A stretch of DNA of 64,000 nucleotides from Oscillospiraceae bacterium. Its GTDB lineage: Bacteria > Bacillota > Clostridia > Oscillospirales > Oscillospiraceae. The notes beneath the pieces were generated by a model that was not told the DNA's origin, did no database searches, and saw only the letters and a program-made list of their open reading frames with translations. Both the position numbers and the translations under genes were made by a program. The stretch spans positions 6,722 to 70,721 of the forward strand of contig JAFSEW010000055.1 of NCBI GenBank assembly GCA_017435525.1. The letters are read 5' to 3'. Below, piece after piece: positions 9,028 to 17,697 of the stretch. Within the stretch, counting starts at the first letter, position 1. Each line of letters opens with the position of its first letter.

Positions 9028-9756
9028 TTAATCCTTGCGCTGGTCTTCGCAGGTGTAGCATTCCCGGAACCGGCAGGAGAAGGAAGGCTCCTGGTTTGCC
9101 ACATACAGGTGGGAAATATCCCCGAAGGAAGCCATCCGCCAGTAGGCGATGCCCTCCCGGCGTTCTTCGGTGTTCAGGGTGGTTACGGAGGTGGGGGCAG
9201 CGGCAGTGCCGTGCCACAGCACCATGGGAGATACATTCAGCAGATGGCTTAATAGCACACATTCCAGACCGAAGTGGCAGAACAGCACGATGGTATCCTG
9301 GTTGGATTTTTCCGCTGCATAGTAGTTGCCCTCTCTGCGGTAGCCGTGGTCTGCCAGCAGCGCATCCAGACCTTCACAGACCCAGCGGTATTCTGTTTCC
9401 ACACCGGCCTTCTGAAATACCGGCACATGGAACCACTGATCCTTGTCAAAGAACCGGGGCTCTGCCGTCCAGTCAGCGGGCAGCCAGTCCCAGATGCAGT
9501 CATCCTGGTCAAACCAGGGCTTGCGCATCCGGGCGGAGAACTCCCGGAGCCAGGGCTTTTCCGTGGCTTCCCGGCCCATGGCCTTCAGGGTGGCGGCGGC
9601 AGTGTCCTTGGCGCGGCCCATGGGGGAGACATAAAAGGCCTTTACATCCATGGCGCTGATCCGCTTAACCAGCAGCTCGGCTTCTTTCCAGCCGGTGGGG
9701 GTCAGGGAGTCAATTTCATAGTTGGGGTCGCCGTGGCGAATAATGACTAACTTCAT
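9028..9756 (-). CDS. Histidine phosphatase family protein
   Basis: IIRHGDP, SPMGRAKDT, FCHFG, DISHL motifs. Confidence 0.88.
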   Translation of the reverse strand: MKLVIIRHGDPNYEIDSLTPTGWKEAELLVKRISAMDVKAFYVSPMGRAKDTAAATLKAMGREATEKPWLREFSARMRKPWFDQDDCIWDWLPADWTAEPRFFDKDQWFHVPVFQKAGVETEYRWVCEGLDALLADHGYRREGNYYAAEKSNQDTIVLFCHFGLECVLLSHLLNVSPMVLWHGTAAAPTSVTTLNTEERREGIAYWRMASFGDISHLYVANQEPSFSCRFRECYTCEDQRKD

Positions 9757-9759
9757 AAG

Positions 9760-11043
9760 TTACACCTTGTCGATGGCCTGGGCCAGGTCTGCAATCAGGT
9801 CTTCGGCATTTTCCAGACCGCAGCTCAAGCGAATCAGGTCAGCGCCCACACCGGCAGCTTCCAGCTGCTCGTCGGTCATCTGGCGATGGGTGGCGGAAGC
9901 GGGATGCAGGCAGCAGGTGCGGGAATCGGCCACATGGGTCTCAATGGAGCCCAGCTTCAGATGCTTCATGAAGGTTTCCGCGGCCTTTCTGCCGCCCTTG
10001 AGACCGAAGGAAATGACGCCGCAGGAGCCACCCGGCAGATACTTCTTGGCAACCTCGTAGTACTTGTCCCCGGGCAGACCGCAGTACTTCACCCAGGCCA
10101 CCTTCTCATGCTTGCTCAGATATTCGGCGATGATCTGGGCGTTGGCGCAGTGCTGCTTCATCCGGAAGGGCAGGCTCTCCAAGCCCAGGTTCAGATAGAA
10201 GGCGCTCTGGGGGCTCTGGATGGAGCCCAGGTCACGCATCAGCTGGGCGGTGCACTTGGTGATGAAAGCCCCTTCCAGGCCGAAACGCTCGGTGTAGGTG
10301 ACGCCGTGATAGCTGTCGTCAGGGGTGCACAGGCCGGGGAACTTGTCGGGATACTTGGTCCAGTCAAACTTGCCGCTGTCCACAATGCAGCCGCCCACAG
10401 CTACACCGTGGCCGTCCATATACTTGGTGGTGGAGTGGGTGACGATGTCCGCGCCCCATTCGATGGGACGGCAGTTGACGGGGGTAGCAAAGGTGTTGTC
10501 AATGATGAAGGGCAGGCCGTTGTCGTGGGCGGCCTTGGCAAATACCTCAATATCCAGCACATTCAGAGCGGGATTGGCGATGGTCTCGCCAAATACCAGC
10601 TTGGTGTTGGGCCGGATGGCGGCGCAGATCTCTTCGTAGGTGGCGTCAGGGCTGACGAAGGTGGCGTCGATGCCCATGCGCTTCATGGTCACGGAAATCA
10701 GGTTGAAGGTGCCGCCGTAGATGGCGGAGCTGGAAACGATATGGTCGCCGCAGGAGGCGATGTTGAACATGGCGTAGAAGTTGGCAGCCTGACCGGAACC
10801 GGTGAGCATGGCAGCGGTGCCGCCTTCCAGGGCAGCGATCTTGGCAGCTACCATGTCGCAGGTGGGGTTCTGAAGCCGGGAATAGAAATAGCCGGAGGCT
10901 TCCAGGTCAAAGAGCTTGCCCATATCCTCGGAAGTAGCGTATTTGAAGGTGGTGCTCTGAACGATGGGGAGCTGGCGGGGTTCGCCGTTGCCGGGCTGAT
11001 AACCGGCCTGAATGCACAAAGTTTCCGTGCGGAGCTTTTCCAT
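9760..11043 (-). CDS. metY: O-acetylhomoserine aminocarboxypropyltransferase/cysteine synthase
   Basis: YSRLQNPT, DNTFATP, HSTTKY (PLP Lys), HPASATHRQ, IRLSCGLE. Confidence 0.92.
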   Translation of the reverse strand: MEKLRTETLCIQAGYQPGNGEPRQLPIVQSTTFKYATSEDMGKLFDLEASGYFYSRLQNPTCDMVAAKIAALEGGTAAMLTGSGQAANFYAMFNIASCGDHIVSSSAIYGGTFNLISVTMKRMGIDATFVSPDATYEEICAAIRPNTKLVFGETIANPALNVLDIEVFAKAAHDNGLPFIIDNTFATPVNCRPIEWGADIVTHSTTKYMDGHGVAVGGCIVDSGKFDWTKYPDKFPGLCTPDDSYHGVTYTERFGLEGAFITKCTAQLMRDLGSIQSPQSAFYLNLGLESLPFRMKQHCANAQIIAEYLSKHEKVAWVKYCGLPGDKYYEVAKKYLPGGSCGVISFGLKGGRKAAETFMKHLKLGSIETHVADSRTCCLHPASATHRQMTDEQLEAAGVGADLIRLSCGLENAEDLIADLAQAIDKV

Positions 11044-11076
11044 GGTATCACCTCATAGGTAAATTTTTATGGCAAT

Positions 11077-11105
11077 ATTGTACCGCCCGGAAAAGAATTT
11101 GTCAA
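11077..11105 (-). promoter_or_regulatory. sigma-A promoter of metY
   Basis: TTGACA-17-TACAAT on the minus strand. Confidence 0.7.
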
Positions 11106-11127
11106 TGCGATAGCAAGTGACAATAGC

Positions 11128-11500
11128 AATTGACAATGGACAATTGACAATGGACAATTTTTCCCGATTCCTACCCGTCATTCCAAGCAAGCGCAGCGAA
11201 CCGGGAAAGCACATTTTTTGCCTGTCATTTTGAGCAAGCGCAGCAAAACAGAAAAATGGAGAAAGCCAATTCCATCTCCGTCGTCCTGAGCAAGCCGCAG
11301 GCGCGTCGAAGGACCCGTTCACCTCTCCGAATTCCATACGCAAAACCGAATTCCCATGTAGGGGCGGATGCCCACATCCGCCCGTACCAGTCAGCAAAAT
11401 CGCACCGTGTAGCTGGGCATTGTAGGGGAGGGTCTTGACCCTCCCGTGACCAGCCTGCAAGATCGTACCGGGTAGCGGGAGGCTCAAGAGCCCCCCTACA
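11128..11500. repeat. Mosaic REP-like cluster (heptamers, families A and B)
   Basis: CAATTGACAATGGACAATTG at 11128; family A copies ~11177-11317; GTAG family B copies at 11357, 11422 and inverted at 11476-11499. Confidence 0.8.
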
Positions 11501-11543
11501 AGGGCAGGGCAAAAAATAAGCCTTATCCTATACCGGCTACCGA

Positions 11544-11680
11544 TACCGGGCAAGGAAAGGCAGTAACGAATAGGAAAAGGCTGTCGTGCGAATCGGCCTG
11601 TGCGGCCACGCACCGGGCAAGGAAAGGCACAAACGAAAACAAAAAGACCATCGTGCGAATTGGCCCGTGCGGCCACGCAC
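11544..11680. repeat. Imperfect tandem repeat, 2 x ~68 bp
   Basis: ACCGGGCAAGGAAAGGCA...TCGTGCGAATxGGCCxGTGCGGCCACGC present twice. Confidence 0.7.
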
Positions 11681-11967
11681 AAGAAATGACCCTTGACTGT
11701 TTCATCGTTTCGATGCATCTTCCAGTCAAGGGTCATTTCTGTTCAGTCTTGGTATCTAACATCATTGGTTAACCTCGCTTTCTGCAGGATTGACGATGCA
11801 TATTCCTTCCAAATCCATCCTCTCCACATCATACCCAGTTTAATTCTATAACTCTCATAAGTGAGAAACCTGCGTGGGGGAGGTCTTTTTCATTGTTATG
11901 CATCATCGCATGGTGCCGATGTTTTGCACCTTCAGGAGTTACCTAGTACATTGGTATCACCCTTTCT
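11678..11967 (-). ncRNA. Candidate small RNA with Met-Tyr-stop minigene
   Basis: TTGCAA-17-TACAGT promoter (12002-11974), GAAAGGGTGA RBS + ATG TAC TAG, 18-bp perfect hairpin 11682-11740; no long ORF. Confidence 0.4.
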
Positions 11968-12076
11968 GGCTATACTGTAACACACGAACCCCCCAATTGC
12001 AACCCGCAATACTGTATAATATACACAAAACAAACTTGTGCAACATGCAGAATATAGTAAAAACACCGAAAAACCG

Positions 12077-12106
12077 TTGACACCAGCGAGTCGGATTTGC
12101 TACAAT
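12077..12106 (+). promoter_or_regulatory. sigma-A promoter
   Basis: TTGACA-18-TACAAT with extended TG. Confidence 0.65.
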
Positions 12107-12196
12107 GAATCTGTTGGGAAACAATGGGCGTGCTGCAATCTTTGCGGCGCGCCTTGCTTTCCCTTTGCGATGAAAGGAAAAAGGGAGGTGCAAGCT

Positions 12197-12616
12197 ATGA
12201 ATATTTATGTACGGGTGAAGTCCGTGGGGAAACGCAGGGATATTCTTGCGCCCACACCCTATACGATTCCGGATGGGATCAGCTCTCTGCGCCAGCTGCT
12301 GACCGCGGTAGCGCAGAAAGAAGCCGCCCTGTATAACAGCAAGGAAGCCGAGGCGCAGCTGATCCCCTACCTGACCCAGCAAGAGCTGGACGATCAGGCC
12401 AGAGCTGGCAAAATCAGCCTGGGAAGCATCTATTCCGACAAAAAGGCCGATCCCCATAAAACGGCAGCCAATGCCGTTGCCTGCTGGGAAGACGGCCTGG
12501 TGCGTGTGTTTTTGCATGAAGAAGAGCTGACCGACCTGGATGCGCCCCTGACGATCGGGGAGCAGGCGGTTTTCACATTTCTCCGGCTGACATTTTTGGC
12601 CGGCAGCCTCTGGTAA
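12197..12616 (+). CDS. Hypothetical partner of DUF4132 protein (possible beta-grasp fold)
   Basis: GGAGGTG RBS; C-terminus EDGLVRVF...LDAPL...FTFLRLTFLAGSLW; 14 bp upstream of next gene. Confidence 0.75.
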   Translation: MNIYVRVKSVGKRRDILAPTPYTIPDGISSLRQLLTAVAQKEAALYNSKEAEAQLIPYLTQQELDDQARAGKISLGSIYSDKKADPHKTAANAVACWEDGLVRVFLHEEELTDLDAPLTIGEQAVFTFLRLTFLAGSLW

Positions 12617-12630
12617 GAAAGGAGAAGCCT

Positions 12631-15600
12631 ATGGAGAAAAGACCCAAGCTGGACGAGAAAAAATGGAAAGCCATCCAGCACCAGGCGGAGTATGGCAAAG
12701 GCCTGGTGCGCGCCCTGGCAGGGCAAAGTTGCTACCTCTATGGAAGCATCCGGCAGAAAGAACTTCTGAACGCCCTCGCCGGGCTGTACGACAAACCCCT
12801 TGCGGAGCTTTCCGCCAGGGAATTTCTGTGCCAGGATCTGGAAAAGGCCTTTCAGACTCTGGCAGGCAAGGAAATGACGGAAAAAATCCCCCATCTTCTG
12901 GCCCTGTGCCTGGAGGGGCAGTTTTCCGCATCTCCCTTCCGGCGCAGCTACCGAAGCCGGTATTTTGTGTTCCATCTGGAATCAGCGGTAGGGCTGCTGT
13001 GCCAGATGATCCGGCAATCGTGCTATACGGAAACCATTTTGGAGCGGCTGGCCTACAGGGAGCTGTTCAGCGACGGTTTGGAATACCTGCTGGCGCTGGA
13101 GATCCGCAGAGAAAATGCAGAAATCCTGGCAGCGCTGCACGAAGCCATTGCGGGCGACAACACCCAAATCCCCCTGAGCCGCACCATCATCGATGCCATT
13201 ATCATCAGCGGCCATGAAGCGCTGCTGGAAGAACTGATGAAGCTGCTGGTGGCGGCAAGGCTTCAGGAGGGCCTGCGCCAGCAGATTCTGGAAGCTGCGG
13301 ACAAAGGCCAAACCCAGGTGCTGCAGCGGGTGCTGCAGGTCTGCCTGGAGCACAATCTGTTCCGCTTCAGCGGCGCGATCCGTGCCTTTGATATGTGGAC
13401 AGGCATGGGCTATGGCGATAATAAGCCCGCCAATATTCAAAAATATGCTCAGCTGGCCTACGATTGCCTCACCGACGAAGCCAAACGCCAGGGATATTTT
13501 CAAAGTGACAGCAATGTGGAAGCGTATTTTGCGCTGTGGGCCCAGGGCTGTCGGGAACTGTATGATACCTACGAGACCATTCCCCGGCTGCTGGATGACC
13601 CCAGACATTACCGGAAGGTTTTGGGCTGGATGTTTGTCAGCAGAACCGACAACAGCCGGTATCAGATGGAGCTGGCATCCCGGTATCTGGAAGAGCGGGA
13701 TGAAGAGCTGCTGGCCTGGATCACCGGGAATCTGGCGCACACCTGGGCGCTGCACACCCCGGTTTGGAGCATGAGCCGGCATACCCCCGGGAAGGCGGTG
13801 CCGAACCCGGACCTGCCACAGGAACCCCAGGCGCGAAAGCAGCTGTTTGCCCGGCTGAAAGACCTTGCGGCCTTTATCGGCAATCAAAAACGCACCTTCA
13901 GCGGCAACCCCTTCGGGTTTATCAGCGTCACATTGGAAAATGACCGGGTGTACGACTGTATGATGAGCCTCGCGGGGTTCGACATGGAGGAAGACCTGGT
14001 GGAGCAGCTGCTGATTTTAGCACCGGCCATGGATGCAGACCACCGGCGCAGCGTCATTGCCACCTTCCTGCTGCCGGAAACCAACCCGACCCACCGGGCG
14101 TTTTTACAGGAATGCCTGAATGACCGCAGCGTTCAGGTGAAGGCGCTGGCAGTGGAGCGGCTGGGGGCATGCAGCCTGAACCAGGGTGATCTGCAGCTGC
14201 TGGCCCAGAGCCTTCGCTCCAAAAGCAGCGATCTGCGTGCTGGCATTCTGGAAATTTTTAAAAAGCAGAGCGTGGATCTTCTGCGCCCGTTGATCCCCCA
14301 GATGCTGCGCTCTCAGGAAGAAAATCAAAATCAGGCAGCTATCGAGCTGCTGACAGAGCTGAAAGAAAAGCACCCGGAGCTTCTGAATGCCAACCGGGAT
14401 GCATTGGATGCCCTGCGGAGCAGGAAGCTATCCACCCAGACGCAGATTCTACTGGATCAGCTGCTGGCGCAGGAGCAGGCGGAAGCCGTATTTTCCCCCG
14501 AAAACGGCTTCGGAATCTATGATCCCCAGGCTGTCTCCGGCTACCTGGCGCAGCTGCAAGAGGCGAAGGAAAAGCCCGGCCTGCTGACCCGGGTCTTCGG
14601 CAGCACAGAGCTGCTTTCCCCCCTGCAGATCAAAGGGCTGTTTCTTAACTGGGATGCGCTGGACAAGCTGCTGCAGCGGATGGATCAGGTGTTTGTCCGC
14701 CACGCAGATGCGGAAATCGAAGTGGAATTCTATGACGGCTCCCGGCATAAGGTGCTGTTCGGAAACCCCGGCCAGAGAATGATTCTTCCTGCATCCTGCG
14801 GCTGCCGCTCTTTGCATGATGCAAACGCCAGATTGGATATGATCCCATTCTGGGATGAATTTTACGAAGCGCTTGGTGAGTACGGTACAGATATGAAAAA
14901 AATGCTGGGCCTGTTCCACCTGACAGTCCAGGTGCCGGATGCTGCATTGGGCTTTTCCATGACCGTCCCCAACCCCTGGTATCTGCCCATCGCAGCCCTG
15001 AATCTTGCGCCGCAGTTCTCTGACAAGGGCCGCGCCAAATACACCCGCTACTGGCAGATCCGGGATATTTTCACCTGCCTGCCCCGGCTGTTTGACCCCC
15101 ACGAAGTTTTTACGGAGGCGATTCGGATCTACCGCAGCATGCTCGCCATCTGGGGAGAGGAGAACCTGGGAAAGGTGTATCTGCAGGTGAAGGAGAACCC
15201 AAGATACATGATCTACGGCAATCCCACCCCGGCAGTTGGCATCAATCATCGGATGTTCGTCAGCTGGCGGCAGGCAATCCGCCAGCTGAAGCTGAATGGT
15301 GAGGATTTCTCCCAGTGGTTTTCGCTGCAGTACCGTTTGGAGCGGCAGACCGATGCCGCAATCGTCGATGGACTGGGCACGGAAGAATATTTCCGGGCTT
15401 GCGGCGAGGATGTCATCGGGCAGGATGTTCTGATGGCGTTTCTGATGGATCAAAAGTCCTGCATGCCGGGGAAAATCAAGATTCTTACAAATCCCAACCG
15501 CTGGCCCCAGGGCCGCGGTATTTATGAAACCTATCCCTTTGCAAGAGACCTGGTTTCCCGAATGCTGGACAGAGTTGTTACGGTGGAAGAAAAACGCGGC

Positions 15601-17646
15601 GAGCTGCCTACGCCGCTGACCGGGCACTGTCTTGTGCTGGAACGCGTTGAGGGTGCCGCACATTTTTGCAATCTGCTGGCGGCCCTGGGCAAGGAAAGTT
15701 TTTTCCGGGGCTACGAATACGCCCATAACGATACCAAAAAGGCAGTGCTCAGCCGCCTGCTGAAGCGCTGCTATCCCGCCCCGGGAGATACGCCCCAGCA
15801 GCTGGCCGCCCTGCTGAAAGCAACAGACATCAGCGACAAACGCCTGGCAGAAGCGGTGATGTACGCCCCCCAGTGGGCAGGCTTTGCCGAAGAAATTCTT
15901 GGATGGCCGGGGCTGAAATGTGGCGTGTGGTTCTTCCACGCCCATATCAACGAGAGCTTTTCCGCAGAAAAGGAAACGGAAACAGCCATCTATTCTCCCA
16001 TCAGCCCCCAGCAGTTCAATGACGGCGCTTTCGACAAGAATTGGTTTATGGAAGCCTATGGGCAGCTGGGAGAAACCCGCTTCCAGATCCTCTATAAATC
16101 CGCCAAGTACATTACTTCCGGCAGCAATCAGCACCGCCGCTCCCAGCTGTATTCCGATGCGGTGCTGGGCAAGCTGAATGCCCAGGAACTGGTGCAGGAA
16201 ATCGTAGAGAAGCGCAATCAGGAAAAGCTGCGGTGTTATCCGCTGATTCCTATTGCGGATGACGATCGTGAAGAAGCCCTGCGGCGGTATGAATTCATCC
16301 AGAAGTTCCTGAAAGAAAGCAAGCAGTTCGGTGCCCAGCGCCGTGACAGCGAGAAAAAAGCCTGCGCCACCGCCATGGAAAATCTGGCTATCACCACGGG
16401 TCTGATGGATGTGAACCGCCTGATGTGGCAGATGGAAAGTCAGAAGATCGGGCAAATCAAACCGTTGATGGAGCCTGCGATTCTGGATGGCATTTCCGTC
16501 AGGTTGACCATTGATGAAAACGGCGATGCCGGTATCGCCATGGAAAAAGCGGGAAAAGCCATCAAATCAGCACCCAAATCCCTTGCCAAAAACGAAACCT
16601 TCCTGGAACTGAAGGCTACTGTTAAGGAACTGAAGGAGCTGAAGCGCCGCTCCGGAGAAAGCCTGGAGCGGGCCATGATGGATGGCACATGCTTTGATGC
16701 CCGGGAGCTGCAAACCATCTGGGACAATCCCATTCTGGCACCCATGGTGCGCAGCCTGGTCTGGACGGACGGCACCCACAGCGGGTTCCTGCAGCCCTCT
16801 GACGGTGGTCTGACCCTGGAACATGGCATTACCGCCGAAACGCTGCGCATTGCCCATCCCCACGATCTGAAAACCCAGGGCAATTGGGCCATGTTCATGC
16901 AGCTGCTGTATCAGGAAAAACGGATGCAGCCCTTCAAGCAGGTGTTCCGGGAGTACTATCCCCTGACGGAAGACGAGCGGCAGGAGCGCACGGTTTCCCG
17001 GCGTTATGCCGGTCACCAGGTGCATCCCCAGCGCACCGTGGCGCTGCTGAAGAGCCGGGGCTGGACTGTGGATTACGAAGAAGGCCTGCAGAAAGTCTTC
17101 TACAAAGAGAATCTCATGGTCAGAATGTTTGCCATGGCGGATTGGTTCTCCCCGGCGGATATTGAGCCGCCCACTCTGGAAACGGTGGAATTCTTTGACC
17201 GCACAACGAAGAAGAATGTTCCTTTGGAGGATGTCCCGCCGATTTTGTTCTCGGAAACCATGCGGGATCTGGATCTGGTGGTCAGCGTTGCCCATGTGGG
17301 CGGCGTAGATCCCGAAGCCAGCCACTCCACGGTGGAAATGCGTGTGGCCATCGCTGCGGAGCTTATAAAGCTGCTGAAGCTTTCCAATGTTTCCTGGATC
17401 GGCTCTCACGCAAAGATCCGGGGCAAATTGGCAAGCTACTCGGTGCACATGGGCTCCGGTGTCGTCCATGCGGAGGGTGTGGGCATGGTGTCCATCCTGC
17501 CGGTGCACTCCCAGTCCAGAGGCCGCATCTTCCTGCCCTTTGCCGATGACGATCCCAAAACCGCCGAAATCCTGTCCAAGATCCTGATGCTGTCGGAAGA
17601 CGGCAAAATCAAAGACCCCGCCATTCTCAGCCAGATCTCCGGCTGA
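12631..17646 (+). CDS. Large DUF5724/DUF4132 domain protein
   Basis: 1671 aa, helical/HEAT-like; C-terminal LERAM, IAHPHDL, QPFKQVFREYY, FSETMRDLDLVVSVAHVGGVDPEASHST. Confidence 0.85.
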   Translation: MEKRPKLDEKKWKAIQHQAEYGKGLVRALAGQSCYLYGSIRQKELLNALAGLYDKPLAELSAREFLCQDLEKAFQTLAGKEMTEKIPHLLALCLEGQFSASPFRRSYRSRYFVFHLESAVGLLCQMIRQSCYTETILERLAYRELFSDGLEYLLALEIRRENAEILAALHEAIAGDNTQIPLSRTIIDAIIISGHEALLEELMKLLVAARLQEGLRQQILEAADKGQTQVLQRVLQVCLEHNLFRFSGAIRAFDMWTGMGYGDNKPANIQKYAQLAYDCLTDEAKRQGYFQSDSNVEAYFALWAQGCRELYDTYETIPRLLDDPRHYRKVLGWMFVSRTDNSRYQMELASRYLEERDEELLAWITGNLAHTWALHTPVWSMSRHTPGKAVPNPDLPQEPQARKQLFARLKDLAAFIGNQKRTFSGNPFGFISVTLENDRVYDCMMSLAGFDMEEDLVEQLLILAPAMDADHRRSVIATFLLPETNPTHRAFLQECLNDRSVQVKALAVERLGACSLNQGDLQLLAQSLRSKSSDLRAGILEIFKKQSVDLLRPLIPQMLRSQEENQNQAAIELLTELKEKHPELLNANRDALDALRSRKLSTQTQILLDQLLAQEQAEAVFSPENGFGIYDPQAVSGYLAQLQEAKEKPGLLTRVFGSTELLSPLQIKGLFLNWDALDKLLQRMDQVFVRHADAEIEVEFYDGSRHKVLFGNPGQRMILPASCGCRSLHDANARLDMIPFWDEFYEALGEYGTDMKKMLGLFHLTVQVPDAALGFSMTVPNPWYLPIAALNLAPQFSDKGRAKYTRYWQIRDIFTCLPRLFDPHEVFTEAIRIYRSMLAIWGEENLGKVYLQVKENPRYMIYGNPTPAVGINHRMFVSWRQAIRQLKLNGEDFSQWFSLQYRLERQTDAAIVDGLGTEEYFRACGEDVIGQDVLMAFLMDQKSCMPGKIKILTNPNRWPQGRGIYETYPFARDLVSRMLDRVVTVEEKRGELPTPLTGHCLVLERVEGAAHFCNLLAALGKESFFRGYEYAHNDTKKAVLSRLLKRCYPAPGDTPQQLAALLKATDISDKRLAEAVMYAPQWAGFAEEILGWPGLKCGVWFFHAHINESFSAEKETETAIYSPISPQQFNDGAFDKNWFMEAYGQLGETRFQILYKSAKYITSGSNQHRRSQLYSDAVLGKLNAQELVQEIVEKRNQEKLRCYPLIPIADDDREEALRRYEFIQKFLKESKQFGAQRRDSEKKACATAMENLAITTGLMDVNRLMWQMESQKIGQIKPLMEPAILDGISVRLTIDENGDAGIAMEKAGKAIKSAPKSLAKNETFLELKATVKELKELKRRSGESLERAMMDGTCFDARELQTIWDNPILAPMVRSLVWTDGTHSGFLQPSDGGLTLEHGITAETLRIAHPHDLKTQGNWAMFMQLLYQEKRMQPFKQVFREYYPLTEDERQERTVSRRYAGHQVHPQRTVALLKSRGWTVDYEEGLQKVFYKENLMVRMFAMADWFSPADIEPPTLETVEFFDRTTKKNVPLEDVPPILFSETMRDLDLVVSVAHVGGVDPEASHSTVEMRVAIAAELIKLLKLSNVSWIGSHAKIRGKLASYSVHMGSGVVHAEGVGMVSILPVHSQSRGRIFLPFADDDPKTAEILSKILMLSEDGKIKDPAILSQISG

Positions 17647-17654
17647 CAGAACGC

Positions 17655-17697
17655 AAAAAAGAGGTTTCACACCCGCCCGGGTGCGAAACCTCTTTTC
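17655..17697. terminator. Bidirectional terminator
   Basis: AAAAAAGAGGTTTCACACCCG/CGGGTGCGAAACCTCTTTT between convergent genes. Confidence 0.8.

Noticed and set aside
11044-11130. SAM or Met T-box riboswitch upstream of metY
   Set aside because: The promoter is only ~30 nt from the start codon and no S-box or T-box motifs are visible.
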